This document shows, in pieces, positions 42,361 to 52,643 of a stretch of DNA of 64,000 bases (positions are counted from its first letter, which is position 1; every line of letters starts with the position of its first letter). Source of the stretch: Deltaproteobacteria bacterium (lineage in GTDB: Bacteria; Myxococcota_A; Polyangia; Polyangiales; Houyiibacteriaceae); assembly GCA_034670305.1 (NCBI GenBank), contig JAXMNT010000036.1, positions 1-64,000 on the forward strand, read 5' to 3'. Both the position numbers and the translations under genes were made by a program. The notes beneath the pieces are model-generated. The model was not told the origin of the DNA, ran no database searches, and was given only the letters and a program-made list of their open reading frames with translations.

Positions 42361-43407
42361 TTACTCGGCCGGTGCCGCCATCGACGGCAGGGGCTCGCTG
42401 ACTGCCTGGTCGCGGCCGGCCTCGGCGTCCGCAGGAACCAATGCTTGCAGACCGGCGGCCCGCAGGAGCGCAAGGTCCGCTTCCACGTCGGGGTTGCCGG
42501 TCGTCAGCAGTTTGTCGCCGTAGAACACGCTGTTCGCGCCGCCCATGAAGCAGAGCAGTTGCGCCTCGTCGCTCAGCCGAGAACGACCCGCGCTCAGACG
42601 GACCATCGCCTTGGGCATCATGATCCGCGCGGTCGCGCACATGCGCACCAGCTCCATCGGATCGACCGGAGGCCGGTCCTCGAGGGGGGTGCCCTGCACC
42701 GCGACGAGCGCATTGATCGGCACGCTCTCGGGCTGCGGCGTCAGGTTGGCGAGCGTCACGAGCATCGCCATGCGGTCGCCTTCCGATTCGCCCATGCCGA
42801 TGATGCCGCCCGCGCAGACGTGGATCCCCGCCCCCGCCACGCGCTTGATCGTGTCCAAGCGCTCTTCGTAGGTGCGGGTCGAGATGATCTCGCCGTAGAA
42901 CTCTTTGCTCGTGTCGAGGTTGTGGTTGTAGGCGGTCAGTCCGGCCGCTTGAAGCTGCGCGGCCTGGTCGTCGGTCAACATGCCGAGCGTCACGCAGGCT
43001 TCCATGCCGAGCCCGCGCACGCCGCGCACCATCTCGAGCACCTGTTCGAACGGCGCGCCTTCGCGTGCGTCGCGCCATGCCGCGCCCATGCAGAAACGGC
43101 TCGCCCCCGCCGCCCGGGCCGCCCGCGCTTTCGAGAGCACTTCGGACACTGGCAAGAGCCGCTCCGGCTCGACGCTGGTCGAGTGTCGGCCGCTCTGCGG
43201 GCAGTACGCGCAATCTTCGGGGCACGCGCCCGTCTTCACGGACAGCAGGGTGCAGAGCTGGATCGCCCCTTCCGGGTGGTGGGTGCGGTGCACGGTCTGC
43301 GCCCGGAACAGCAACTCCAGGAGCGGCAGCTCGTGAAGCGCACGGGCTTCGCGAACGGTCCAGTCGTGGCGGACCGATCCGAGATCCGAGGCGGAGGGCG
43401 TCGTCAT
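42361..43407 (-). CDS. bioB: Biotin synthase
   Basis: [15 protein letters not shown] radical SAM motif, [28 protein letters not shown]. Confidence 0.97.
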   Translation of the reverse strand: MTTPSASDLGSVRHDWTVREARALHELPLLELLFRAQTVHRTHHPEGAIQLCTLLSVKTGACPEDCAYCPQSGRHSTSVEPERLLPVSEVLSKARAARAAGASRFCMGAAWRDAREGAPFEQVLEMVRGVRGLGMEACVTLGMLTDDQAAQLQAAGLTAYNHNLDTSKEFYGEIISTRTYEERLDTIKRVAGAGIHVCAGGIIGMGESEGDRMAMLVTLANLTPQPESVPINALVAVQGTPLEDRPPVDPMELVRMCATARIMMPKAMVRLSAGRSRLSDEAQLLCFMGGANSVFYGDKLLTTGNPDVEADLALLRAAGLQALVPADAEAGRDQAVSEPLPSMAAPAE

Positions 43408-43478
43408 GGGGTGGCTCTACGCAGAATCGCGATCCAGCGCAAGGGTCGGCCGTGTCCGGTCGCGCCCTGGCGCGGTGG

Positions 43479-44225
43479 TCACCCCGTGGCGCGGGTGCGT
43501 GCGAGCTCGAGGAGCGGCGTGGGCGCGGTGGCTTCGGTCGGTGCGAGCGAAACGCCTGCGCTCACGCTGGGCTGCGCGAGATCGCCCAGGACCCGGTCGA
43601 GTGCCGTCTGGGCACCGACGGCCTCCGTGTCCGGCAGGATGGCGACCACCTCGTCCTCCGTGGAGACGAAGACCGTGTCCATCACCCGGAGCAGGCCTCG
43701 CAACTGCGGCCCCAGTACGGCCGATGGCCCGCCGCGCAGGACCACCACCGCAAGCGATTGGCCAAACCGGCAGGCTCGGGTCACTTCGTACTCGAGACTC
43801 AGGAGCATCTGCGCCCGGTCGCCGAGCCCACCCGGCGCGACCGACTCGCGCGCCCGCCGACGGGCGTCGCGTGCGGACGAAAGCGTCTCGCGGATGCGGG
43901 TGTGGATCTCCGCGACCCGATACGGCTTGCAGACCATCCCATCTGCCGGCGAAACCGTTTCGCCGGTGTCCCCCACCGCAAGCAACACGGGGATGACCTT
44001 CAACTCCGCGTCGTTCTTCAAAACCTCCGCCACCTCTTGGCCGCTCATCTCGGGCAGCCCGGCATCGAGCAGGACCAACATGGTGGGGTGGCGGGCCAGC
44101 AGTTCGAGCGCCTGGCGCCCATCCAGCGCGGTCAGCACCTCGTACCCAGCCGTCGTGCAGGCTTCCTCGAGGAGGTTCAACGAAAACGGATCGGCGTCCG
44201 CGACGAGCACGTACGGACCCGACAT
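43479..44225 (-). CDS. Response regulator with degenerate GGDEF-like output domain
   Basis: REC (VLVADAD, LLD, KP); LEYEVTRACRFGQSLAVV; STEDE in place of GGDEF. Confidence 0.7.
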   Translation of the reverse strand: MSGPYVLVADADPFSLNLLEEACTTAGYEVLTALDGRQALELLARHPTMLVLLDAGLPEMSGQEVAEVLKNDAELKVIPVLLAVGDTGETVSPADGMVCKPYRVAEIHTRIRETLSSARDARRRARESVAPGGLGDRAQMLLSLEYEVTRACRFGQSLAVVVLRGGPSAVLGPQLRGLLRVMDTVFVSTEDEVVAILPDTEAVGAQTALDRVLGDLAQPSVSAGVSLAPTEATAPTPLLELARTRATG

Positions 44226-45370
44226 TACTTTCGCCCGGCGTCCTCGAGTCCGTAGGACTGAACTTTGCGGATCAGGTTCCGACGGCTGATGCCGAGCTTC
44301 TCGGCGGCGCGCGTCTTGTTGCCCTTCGCCGCTTTCAGTCCGTCGGCGATCATCTTGCGCTCCAGAGCTTCCACCGCTTCGGGCAGGGTCTGACCGTCCG
44401 TGACGACGAGCTCCGCAGGGGTCTGAGCCACCGTCCGCGAACCACCGCGGGCGATCGCCGGCGTGAGGTGTTCGTCGCCGATGAGCTGTTCGTCGCCTGA
44501 GAGCACCCAGAGCCGTTCGATCTCGTTTTCGAGCTCGCGGACGTTGCCGGGCCAGTGGTGTTCGAGCAGACGGTCGAGCGCGGCCCGGGACAGGGCCTTG
44601 CTCCGGCCATCTCGTTTGGCCAGCCGCCCGAGGAAGTACTCGGCGAGCAGCGGAATGTCGTCGCGGCGTTCGCGCAGAGGCGGCACGCGGATCTGCACGA
44701 CGTGAAGCCGGTAGTAGAGGTCCTCGCGGAACGAACCAGCCCGGACCATGTCCTGCAGCTCGCGGTTGGTCGCCGCGATGATGCGCACATCGACCTTCTT
44801 CGGTTCGGTGGCGCCCACGGGCATGAACACGCCCTCCTGCAGGACCCGCAGGAGCTTCACCTGGAGCGCCGGGGACATGTCGCCGACCTCATCGAGGAAG
44901 AAGGTGCCGTTGTCCGCGACCGAGAACAGGCCCGGCTTGTCGTTCACCGCGCCGGTGAAAGAGCCACGCCGGTGACCGAAGAGTTCGCTCTCCAGCAGGT
45001 TGTCGTTGAACGCGCTGCAGTTGGTCGCCACGAACCGCTGCGACGAGCGACGCGACATCTCGTGAATGCCCTTCGCAACGAGTTCCTTGCCGGTCCCGTT
45101 CTCCCCGAGCACCAGCACGGTCGCGTTCGACCCGCGGATGCGGTCGAGCGTCTTGAACATCTCGCGCATCGGCGCGCTGCCACCGACGATGCCGGTCTCC
45201 CGAGCGATGGCTTCGGGGGCCTTCGGCTCGATGGGTTTGGACGCAACTGCACCAGCGGCGGCACCGAGCGCAAGGTCTGCGAGTTTCTCAGCGCCGGTTC
45301 GGCCGCTGATCTCCACCTTGAGCCAGGTTCCATCGCTGAGGGTCGTCTCGGCGTGACCGGAATCCGTCAT
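44225..45370 (-). CDS. Sigma-54-dependent transcriptional activator (AAA+ and Fis HTH)
   Basis: GENGTGKE, ESELFGH, GSFTGA, FLDEVG, FREDLYYRL, WPGNVRELEN, HTH. Confidence 0.95.
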   Translation of the reverse strand: MTDSGHAETTLSDGTWLKVEISGRTGAEKLADLALGAAAGAVASKPIEPKAPEAIARETGIVGGSAPMREMFKTLDRIRGSNATVLVLGENGTGKELVAKGIHEMSRRSSQRFVATNCSAFNDNLLESELFGHRRGSFTGAVNDKPGLFSVADNGTFFLDEVGDMSPALQVKLLRVLQEGVFMPVGATEPKKVDVRIIAATNRELQDMVRAGSFREDLYYRLHVVQIRVPPLRERRDDIPLLAEYFLGRLAKRDGRSKALSRAALDRLLEHHWPGNVRELENEIERLWVLSGDEQLIGDEHLTPAIARGGSRTVAQTPAELVVTDGQTLPEAVEALERKMIADGLKAAKGNKTRAAEKLGISRRNLIRKVQSYGLEDAGRK

Positions 45371-45463
45371 CGACGGGGCGCACGCTAGCAGTCGGACGGG
45401 GGCGCTACAATCAACATGTTCGGCTGTGGCAGCGTGGACCACGACCCAATGCTACAGCCGAGC

Positions 45464-46759
45464 GTGGAACGAAGCACGAGTGCTCGATGGGTCGCGACCG
45501 AGACCCTGCACCGGGTCGCAGTGGGTGGCGCGTGGGCGGCACCGACCCTGGACGCGGCGCTCCAAACCGCGGGGCTGAGTGACCGCGACGCTCGGCTGGC
45601 TGTGGCGATCGTGTACGGCGCGCTCCGGGTGCTGCCCACCCTCGACGCGGCGCTCGATGCGCACCTGCGCACGCCCGACAACATCGACGCCTTCACCCGG
45701 GCCGCCCTGCGGGTGGGGTGTTTCCAGCTGCTCTACCTGCCGCGCGTCCCCGTCAGTGCCGCGGTCAACGAGAGTGTGGCGATCGTGAAGCGCAAACGGG
45801 GCAAGCTGGCCGGGCTGACCAACGCGGTGCTCCGCAAGATCCGCCGGTCCGAAGAGGCCGCACCCCCCACCACCCTCGACGTGCCGAGCTGGGTCCGCGA
45901 ACGGCTCGAAGCGTCGCTCGACGCGGGGCGGGTGCAGGAGTTCCTTGGCGAACGACCGCTGCCACCGCCCCTGCACGTGCAGGTGCACGGCGACCTGCAG
46001 GCGTGGTTGGAGACCGCCATCGAGGCGATGCCGCGGGCCGAGTTCGCGGCCCTCCCCCTCCCCGGGGCGGTGGCGATCACCCGCGCGGGCGACCCGCGGC
46101 AGTTGCCTGGCTACGGAGACGGCGCGTTCTCGGTGCAGGACCTCGGTTCGCAGATCATCGGCGCGGCGGTGGGTGCAGAGGAAGGGGAACGGATCCTCGA
46201 TGCATGCGCGGGCCGGGGCGGAAAGACGACCACGCTGCGCCGGGCGGTCGGGGCCGCGGGCCAGATCGTCGCGGCGGACCTCCACGAGCCGCGTCTGGAC
46301 CAGATCGCGACCGAGCTCACCCGGCTGAAACTGCCCCCCGTCGAGACCGCCGCGATCGACTGGTCGGTCGGCGATGGCGGGCTCGAAGGCGACTTCGATC
46401 GCGCCCTCATCGACGCCCCGTGCACCGGGCTCGGCACCATCCACCGCCGCCCGGAAATCTTGCTCCGATTGGCGCCCGAGGCGGCAGCCACGCTCGCGGC
46501 ACTCCAGCAGAAGATCGTCTCCCGCGTCGCCGGCCTCGTGCGTCCGGGCGGCACCCTCGTGTACGCGGTGTGCAGCCCCGACCGAGCGGAAGGCGAAGTG
46601 GCCCTCGGCGCCGAGTGGTCCGAAGATCCTCTGCCCGGATCCGACGCCGACGGCGTGCGGCGCATCGGACCGTGGTCGGGCGGCGCGGACTACGAAGGGA
46701 ACGACGCACCGAGCGAGAGCGACGCGTACCAAGTGCGCCGGTGGCGCCGCGCGGTCTGA
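45464..46759 (+). CDS. rsmB: RsmB/Sun rRNA m5C methyltransferase
   Basis: NusB-like N-terminus, VQDLGS, LDACAGRGGKT, DAPCTGLG, RRPE, YAVCS. Confidence 0.85.
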   Translation: MERSTSARWVATETLHRVAVGGAWAAPTLDAALQTAGLSDRDARLAVAIVYGALRVLPTLDAALDAHLRTPDNIDAFTRAALRVGCFQLLYLPRVPVSAAVNESVAIVKRKRGKLAGLTNAVLRKIRRSEEAAPPTTLDVPSWVRERLEASLDAGRVQEFLGERPLPPPLHVQVHGDLQAWLETAIEAMPRAEFAALPLPGAVAITRAGDPRQLPGYGDGAFSVQDLGSQIIGAAVGAEEGERILDACAGRGGKTTTLRRAVGAAGQIVAADLHEPRLDQIATELTRLKLPPVETAAIDWSVGDGGLEGDFDRALIDAPCTGLGTIHRRPEILLRLAPEAAATLAALQQKIVSRVAGLVRPGGTLVYAVCSPDRAEGEVALGAEWSEDPLPGSDADGVRRIGPWSGGADYEGNDAPSESDAYQVRRWRRAV

Positions 46760-46766
46760 CCGTCCC

Positions 46767-47375
46767 TCAGAAGCCGATCACGCCCTCGCACGATCGACGC
46801 AACCGCTCGTCCATCGCGCGCATGTAGTAGGCCGCCGCAAACGCCGAGAGCATGGAGACGCCCGTCGCGAGCATCCAGCCGCTTCGAAACATCTCAGCGG
46901 ACATCATGTCGGCCGGGAGCCGCCCGACCACACCGCCGGTGAACCGGCCGACCACCCACAAGACCCACCACACGACGATGGGCCAGCTCGTCGAACCACC
47001 CCCGGTCCAGCGCCACATCGCGGAAGCCCGCTGGTACGGCAACCAGTAGTTCCCAATCGGCACGAACCAGCACCACACCGCGCTGGCACTCGACATCGTC
47101 AACCCCGACTGGGGAGCCATCTCCATCGCCGTTTTGAACGCCCGATGAAACCAGACGATGAACACGATGCCGGTGATCAACATCAAGAGCATCTCCACGC
47201 CGGTCGCGAGCGCGTCCGCCTCCAATCCGTAGGACAAGAGCATCGTCTGGTCCGGCAGGAGCGCGGCGGCGAAGAGCACCGCGTGGAACACGCCGTTGAG
47301 CGCGAGCAGCCCGATGCCCCACATCGCGAGGCCCCCGCCCGGGTAGGCAGGACGGTCCGAGACCGTGGGATCCAC
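46767..47375 (-). CDS. DUF4328-like membrane protein
   Basis: FIVWFHRA, WCWFVPIGNYWLPY, WWVLW. Confidence 0.7.
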   Translation of the reverse strand: MDPTVSDRPAYPGGGLAMWGIGLLALNGVFHAVLFAAALLPDQTMLLSYGLEADALATGVEMLLMLITGIVFIVWFHRAFKTAMEMAPQSGLTMSSASAVWCWFVPIGNYWLPYQRASAMWRWTGGGSTSWPIVVWWVLWVVGRFTGGVVGRLPADMMSAEMFRSGWMLATGVSMLSAFAAAYYMRAMDERLRRSCEGVIGF

Positions 47376-47377
47376 CG

Positions 47378-47986
47378 CTAGTAGTCGCCGAAGAGTTCGC
47401 GGATGGGCACGTCGAGTGCGACCGCGATCTTGTAGAGAGAGCTGATGGACGCGCTGCTCTCGGCGCGCTCGATCTGTGACAGAAGCGAGACGCTGAGGCC
47501 GGTGCGGCGCGCCATCTGTTTCAGCGTCAGGCCACGATCTTTGCGGAGGCCTCGAATCGTCTCTCCGATAACGCGGTGCAGGCTCTCTTCCGGTGTCCGG
47601 AGCAGGCCCTTCTTGCGCATCACCCGGTCGATGACCGCGCGAAACTCGTCCGGGTTGAACGGTTTGCGCAGGTAGTCGACCGCATCGAGTTTCATCGAGC
47701 GCACCGCGGTGTCGAGGCTCGGGTATCCAGTAAAGATCACGACCGCCACGTCGCTGTCGACCTTGCGGATCTTCTCGAGGACTTCCACCCCGCCCATCTC
47801 GGGCATCATCAGATCGAGCACGACCATGTGGAAGCCCCCGACCTTGACGGCCTCGGGTGCTTCCACGGGGTCGGAGAGCGTCTCTACCTGGAAACCATCC
47901 TTCGCCAGGAAGGTCTCCATGAACTCGCAAATGGCCTGATCGTCGTCAACGACGAGCACCTTCAAGGGAGTGGGTGCTTTGGCCAT
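47378..47986 (-). CDS. Response regulator with XRE-family HTH output domain
   Basis: VLVVDDD, LDLMMP, YLRKPF; IRGLRKDRGLTLKQMA..LSQIER. Confidence 0.9.
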   Translation of the reverse strand: MAKAPTPLKVLVVDDDQAICEFMETFLAKDGFQVETLSDPVEAPEAVKVGGFHMVVLDLMMPEMGGVEVLEKIRKVDSDVAVVIFTGYPSLDTAVRSMKLDAVDYLRKPFNPDEFRAVIDRVMRKKGLLRTPEESLHRVIGETIRGLRKDRGLTLKQMARRTGLSVSLLSQIERAESSASISSLYKIAVALDVPIRELFGDY

Positions 47987-48012
47987 AGGGAGCGCTCCTT
48001 GCTCTTTCGTAC

Positions 48013-48090
<78 letters not shown>

Positions 48091-48115
48091 ATGTTCTGTC
48101 CCCGAAGGGAGGCGG

Positions 48116-48144
48116 AAGCTAGCCCTGGTGTGCGGCATGGTCAA
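48116..48144 (-). promoter_or_regulatory. Sigma70-like promoter for tRNA-Pro
   Basis: TTGACC-N17-TAGCTT, about 25 nt upstream of the tRNA. Confidence 0.6.
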
Positions 48145-48164
48145 GCGCGGAAGCGCCCCACAGA

Positions 48165-48341
48165 GGTCGGCATCGGCGGGATCGGCATCGGCATCGGCCC
48201 GAGGGTCGGGTTCGGGTTCGGCTTCGGCATCGGCATCGGCTTCGGCTTCGGCTTCGGCATCGGCTTCGGCATCGGCATCACCAAGGGCAAGGGCAGGGGC
48301 AAGGGCAAGGGCAAGGGCACGGGCACGGGCACGGGCACGGG
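48165..48341. repeat. Bipartite tract (GGCATC/GGCTTC)n then (GGGCAA/GGGCAC)n, between divergent genes
   Basis: Directly visible. Confidence 0.9.
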
Positions 48342-48378
48342 GAGACTCGCGATGGGGCCCCTGCTATGGTCCGGCCCC

Positions 48379-49362
48379 ATGCGGTACGTACAACGGATGC
48401 CCCCCCACCGATGGGTCGGCATGGCCCTCTTGGGCATGCTTCTGACCCCACTCGGTTCCACCGCCACGGCACAGACCCCGCCCCCGGTGGTGGTCATTCC
48501 GATCCCGGGCGAAGGACTGACCGCCGAGATCGCCGAGACCTCCGTGGCCGCCCTGACCCGCGCGCTCACGCCGCTCGTCTCCGGTCGCACCGTCCAACCG
48601 GCGCTCGGCGCCGTGCAAGCGGTGCTCGCGTGCACTGTGCCCGAGCCCACCCCCGAGAACCCCGCGCCGACCATCGATCCATGCCTCGGTGCGCAGATCG
48701 CAGCCGCCGGGGGCGCCGCGGGTGTGTTCGTTCGGGTGTCGGTGCAGAGTGGGGTGCTGCATCTGGACATCGCCGTCCGCGAACCGATGTCCGGCGTGCT
48801 CCGCGTGGAGCCGCTCAACGTGCAGGTCCCGGTCGCCGAAGCCGCCACCGCCGATGCACTCACCGCCGTGTTGAGCGCCCGCCTCGGACCGCTCGCGGCC
48901 GGCATGCCCGAGCCGCCGACGCGCACGACGTTGCTTCTCGCTGTGAACCAGGACGGCGCCACCGTCTCGATCGACGGCGCGCCCGTCGGTCAGACGCCGC
49001 TCGCCCCGCTCGAGGTCGCGCCCGGCAACCACACGATCAGCGTGACCGCCCGCGGCGCGCAGCCGTTCAACCGGTCGATGGACGTGTCGCTCGATGGCGC
49101 CCGGGTGAACATCGATCTGGAACCGCTCCCGGAACAAGCCGCGCAGCTCGCGGCCCAGGACGCGCAGGAAGCGGACTCCTTCGTCACCGCGGAGGCGTCG
49201 ACATCCGGGGAACCGCTCTACAAGAAGTGGTGGCTCTGGGCCGCGGTCGGCGGCGCCGTCGTGGTCATCGCCGCGATCATCATCGGAGTCGCCGTCGCTG
49301 GTGGCAGCGACACGCCCAGCGGTTTCGAAGTCCCACCGATTCCCGGCCGAGGTACGCCATGA
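48379..49362 (+). CDS. PEGA domain protein with C-terminal TM segment
   Basis: Signal peptide; GATVSIDGAPVGQTP..VAPGNHTI; PLYKKWWLWAAVGG. Confidence 0.8.
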   Translation: MRYVQRMPPHRWVGMALLGMLLTPLGSTATAQTPPPVVVIPIPGEGLTAEIAETSVAALTRALTPLVSGRTVQPALGAVQAVLACTVPEPTPENPAPTIDPCLGAQIAAAGGAAGVFVRVSVQSGVLHLDIAVREPMSGVLRVEPLNVQVPVAEAATADALTAVLSARLGPLAAGMPEPPTRTTLLLAVNQDGATVSIDGAPVGQTPLAPLEVAPGNHTISVTARGAQPFNRSMDVSLDGARVNIDLEPLPEQAAQLAAQDAQEADSFVTAEASTSGEPLYKKWWLWAAVGGAVVVIAAIIIGVAVAGGSDTPSGFEVPPIPGRGTP

Positions 49363-49892
49363 AGCACCCGCAGATGTGTCTCGCCTTCGCCCTGTGCGTC
49401 GGCCTCTGCGCCACAGCATGTGGCGACGGCGGACCCGAACCCCACATCGTCTCCATCGTTGCCGACGACGGCTCGGTGGGCGGCGTGACGATCGCGCAGG
49501 CCGCGGTCGACGAGATCGAGATCATCATCGTGCCCGATCCGAGCGACGGAGCGTTCGAACCGCTCGCGCCGACCGAGATGATGGGCGGCGACGTCGAAGT
49601 GCGCGTGTCCGCGGTCGGCGAGTTCGTGCTCAAACTGCGACGCGGCTACATCGACCGAAACGCCATCCCGACGAGCACGACCTTCCGAGTCGACGTGCCG
49701 CTCGTCGCGGCGGAGATGATGGACGGCCACACCTTCGACCCGACCCTGCGGGTGACCTTCATCCGTGCGGGCGAGCGCATCGCCGAGAGCAACCCGCGCT
49801 TTCTCTCATGGCCGATCCCGGTCGGCGAAGATCCGACGAGTGTGCTCGTGCGATGCAAAGCGGGCTTCACCAGCCAATGCGAAAACATGTGA
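49359..49892 (+). CDS. Hypothetical lipoprotein
   Basis: ATGA overlap with the upstream gene; lipobox ATAC. Confidence 0.65.
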   Translation: MKHPQMCLAFALCVGLCATACGDGGPEPHIVSIVADDGSVGGVTIAQAAVDEIEIIIVPDPSDGAFEPLAPTEMMGGDVEVRVSAVGEFVLKLRRGYIDRNAIPTSTTFRVDVPLVAAEMMDGHTFDPTLRVTFIRAGERIAESNPRFLSWPIPVGEDPTSVLVRCKAGFTSQCENM

Positions 49893-49986
49893 GCGCCGCT
49901 CCGCGCCCGACCGCCTCGGGTCGAGCGCGCTGTGAGCGTGGAGTGCGCCGTGCGCGTCCCATTCCTGTCGGACAACCAACGTCCGC

Positions 49987-51093
49987 GTGTTCCGCACACT
50001 CGAAGGTGATGGGTTGAAGCGGCCGACCTGGCTCGTCGTGGGTCTGCTGCTCGTCGGGGTCGGGTGCCGGCCCCGCGTGCCTCCGGAAGTCGTGCGCACC
50101 CTGGCCGACGTCCGGCAGGTCGGGGTGTTCGTCTCGCCGCACAGCTACGAACACTTCGTGCGGGGGGAACTCGCCGCGGCCTCCGGCGACGACGAGACGG
50201 CGGTGGGCCACTACCGGCAAGCGCGCGCGGGCGCCCACGACGACGCGCTCATCGCCGCGCGCATGGCCGAGGCGCTCGATCGACTCGGACGCACCGAAGC
50301 CGCCGACCGAGCATTGAGCGAAGCCGCCGCACTCGAACAAGCCGCCGAAGCGGTGCACCTCGCGCGCGCCCACATCGAAGCCCGACGCGGCGACGACCAA
50401 GCCGCCCTGGCCGCGGCCATCGCTGCGGTCGAATCCGCACCCGGTTCGGAGACGGCGGTGCTCGAACTCTCGGTCCGGCTCCAGCGGACCGGCGCCGAAC
50501 CACGGGCCCTCGAAGTGCTGCGCTGCACCCACGGTCGCGCTGCGCTGCGCGCCCGGCTGGCGTTGGCGGTCGCGGCGCAGGACCCCGGCGCGGCCGCAGA
50601 GGCGGTGGAAGCGATCCAGCGGCATGTCCCCGTGCTCGAACAAGAAGCCTGGAGCGCAGCCGAAGTCGCGATGACCCACAGCCAGCCCGGGTTGGCGGCG
50701 CGTTTGATGGAGCGGCTGCCCCCCGCCGCCGCCCCGCTCGAACGGCTGCGGATCCGCGCGTGGATCGCCTCGGGTCGCACCGACGAAGCGCAGGCCGTGC
50801 TGCAGACGAGCGACCCGACGCGCTTCGGCGACGCCACCGAAGCCAGCCGGCTCTTGCGGGATGCCGGCGACCCAGCCGGGGCCGAAGACATCGCCCGCGA
50901 AGCCACCGCGTCGAACCCGAGCGCGTGGGTCTCGGTCGGCGACGCGGCGCTGGCGGACGGCCGGCCGGTCGACGCCGTCCGCGCTTACGGCCACGTGCCG
51001 CGCGGTGCCAGTGGCGCCGCCGAAGCCCGGGCCGGCATGGTGCGCGCGCTGGGCTGGCTCGGACTGCCAGCCCTGGCGGCCGAGCTGCGGTGA
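49987..51093 (+). CDS. TPR-like lipoprotein
   Basis: Lipobox GVGC; SYEHFVRGELA; Ala-rich helical repeats; start uncertain. Confidence 0.65.
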   Translation: MFRTLEGDGLKRPTWLVVGLLLVGVGCRPRVPPEVVRTLADVRQVGVFVSPHSYEHFVRGELAAASGDDETAVGHYRQARAGAHDDALIAARMAEALDRLGRTEAADRALSEAAALEQAAEAVHLARAHIEARRGDDQAALAAAIAAVESAPGSETAVLELSVRLQRTGAEPRALEVLRCTHGRAALRARLALAVAAQDPGAAAEAVEAIQRHVPVLEQEAWSAAEVAMTHSQPGLAARLMERLPPAAAPLERLRIRAWIASGRTDEAQAVLQTSDPTRFGDATEASRLLRDAGDPAGAEDIAREATASNPSAWVSVGDAALADGRPVDAVRAYGHVPRGASGAAEARAGMVRALGWLGLPALAAELR

Positions 51094-51221
51094 GCCGGGG
51101 GCAACGGCAAGGCAAGGGGCTGCGGGGCTGCGGGGTGGTGCCAAGAAGAACGGGCCGTGCTAGGTCTCGCGGGTTCTCTGCTCGGGCAGACACGTTTCCC
51201 TTCTTCCCTCAGGTCCTCTCC

Positions 51222-51512
51222 ATGCGAATCGTCTTGTTGCTCGCCGCCCTCAGTACCCTCATCGCCTGCAGCGACGGCGTCACCCGCTGGGACGGCCCCG
51301 GCTGCCAGCCCGCCTGCCAGGCGCCGCACGCCGAAGGGGTCCTGGAAGAGTTGGCCGTCTGCCTCGACGAGGACCACCAGCCCGAGTCCTGCAACGAAGC
51401 GGGCGCGAACACCGTCACCTGCCCCGGCAACGCCGCGAGCGTGACCTGCGATTCCGAAACGGGTCTCCCGACCTGCGACGGCGTCGTCGCCCGCCCCTAC
51501 TGCGCCAACTAG
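51222..51512 (+). CDS. Small Cys-rich lipoprotein
   Basis: Lipobox LIAC; 8 further Cys in about 80 aa. Confidence 0.7.
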   Translation: MRIVLLLAALSTLIACSDGVTRWDGPGCQPACQAPHAEGVLEELAVCLDEDHQPESCNEAGANTVTCPGNAASVTCDSETGLPTCDGVVARPYCAN

Positions 51513-51562
51513 CCCAAGAGGGCTAGTTCCCCTGCCCCTGCCCGTGCCCTTGCCCGTGCCCT
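51507..51562 (+). terminator. Stop-codon hairpin plus (CCCTG/CCCGTG/CCCTTG)n tract
   Basis: aactagccc-aaga-gggctagtt followed by C-rich hexamers. Confidence 0.5.
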
Positions 51563-51862
51563 GTGTGTGCCGACGTGCCCGACCCGTCAGATCGCCATCA
51601 GGTTCGGCACGCCCCAAACCAACCAAGCGGAAGGTACGGTGCGAAACCGACGCTCGCTCCAACACGGACTGAGAAGAAGCGCCTGCGGGTCATCGGTCTC
51701 CTCCCATCGCTCGGCAGCTGACCCACACGATCGAAACGCTCATGAAGATGGAACGACGACACTCGCGTTCCGATTCCGCTACGAAGCACCAGCCTGCCAG
51801 ACGAACAACGCTTGCGGTTCGCGACGCCGAACCCAACTTGCGGCGTGCCCGAGTCCAATCCA

Positions 51863-52186
51863 ATGCACGAAGCGCTCGCGCTTGCGCTCGGAATCCTGCT
51901 CGTTCGCGTACCAGAAACGGTCGAGCTGTACGCGTTCGATGGAACCTACTTGGGTGACGACGCTTTCGAAGAGCTCCGGCGGGAGCAAGCGCGAATCCTT
52001 GCTTGGCGAGACAAAGCGGCTCGCAAGCTCGGTATCGATCCCCCGACCACCAAAGCAGGAACGAGTGCTGCCCACTTGATTGGGTATGAGCTTCAGGAGG
52101 ACATGGCGGAGTGGGCGATGAAGCTCCTCAGCGAACACGGCGTGCGACTCTGCGCGACCTTTCCTCAGTGCGATGCTTGGCTGTGA
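51863..52186 (+). CDS. Hypothetical protein in an A/T-richer segment
   Basis: Protein-like composition with atypical codon usage; start uncertain, may be a fragment. Confidence 0.4.
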   Translation: MHEALALALGILLVRVPETVELYAFDGTYLGDDAFEELRREQARILAWRDKAARKLGIDPPTTKAGTSAAHLIGYELQEDMAEWAMKLLSEHGVRLCATFPQCDAWL

Positions 52187-52211
52187 TGACGGAAATCGTC
52201 CCGCTCCCCAG

Positions 52212-52550
52212 CTACCACTCACGCGGCGCGGTCAGCTCTTCAGCGTCCAGCGCCCAGCCGTATGCCCGAGCGATGGCCTCCACGTCGTCGATGATCGTTT
52301 CACGAAACACGCTCTCGATGACGCTCCCCCGCTCCGCCATCTCTTCGTCCAGGTCGTTGAAGGCTTCGGTCGCTGCGTGAGTCAACCGAAAGACGTGCGC
52401 CTCGTCTTTGGGCTGCTCCGCTTCGAAGCGTTCCGCGAGCCGTCGCAAGATGCCCTGCCCCTTCGCAATCAAGTCGGCCGGGAAACCCGTGTCGCCAACG
52501 ATCGCTCGAAGGAAGATGTGGTCTGCGAGCTTCGGATTGGTGATCGGCAC
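52212..52550 (-). CDS. DUF5713-like protein
   Basis: MPITN..FL, FP..L..KG..IL, THAATEAFN.L, RE, EEL.APREW pattern. Confidence 0.7.
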   Translation of the reverse strand: MPITNPKLADHIFLRAIVGDTGFPADLIAKGQGILRRLAERFEAEQPKDEAHVFRLTHAATEAFNDLDEEMAERGSVIESVFRETIIDDVEAIARAYGWALDAEELTAPREW

Positions 52551-52591
52551 GGTGTCGATTGTCCCCCACGCGATTGCGCAACATCACCTGC

Positions 52592-52643
52592 GGGCAAGGG
52601 CAAGGGCAAGGGCAAGGGCAAGGGGGACTGACTTCGTCAGTCC
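52592..52643 (-). terminator. Stop-codon hairpin (C-GAA-G loop) plus (CCCTTG)n tract
   Basis: Minus strand ggactgac-gaa-gtcagtcc, then ccc(ttgccc)n. Confidence 0.55.
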
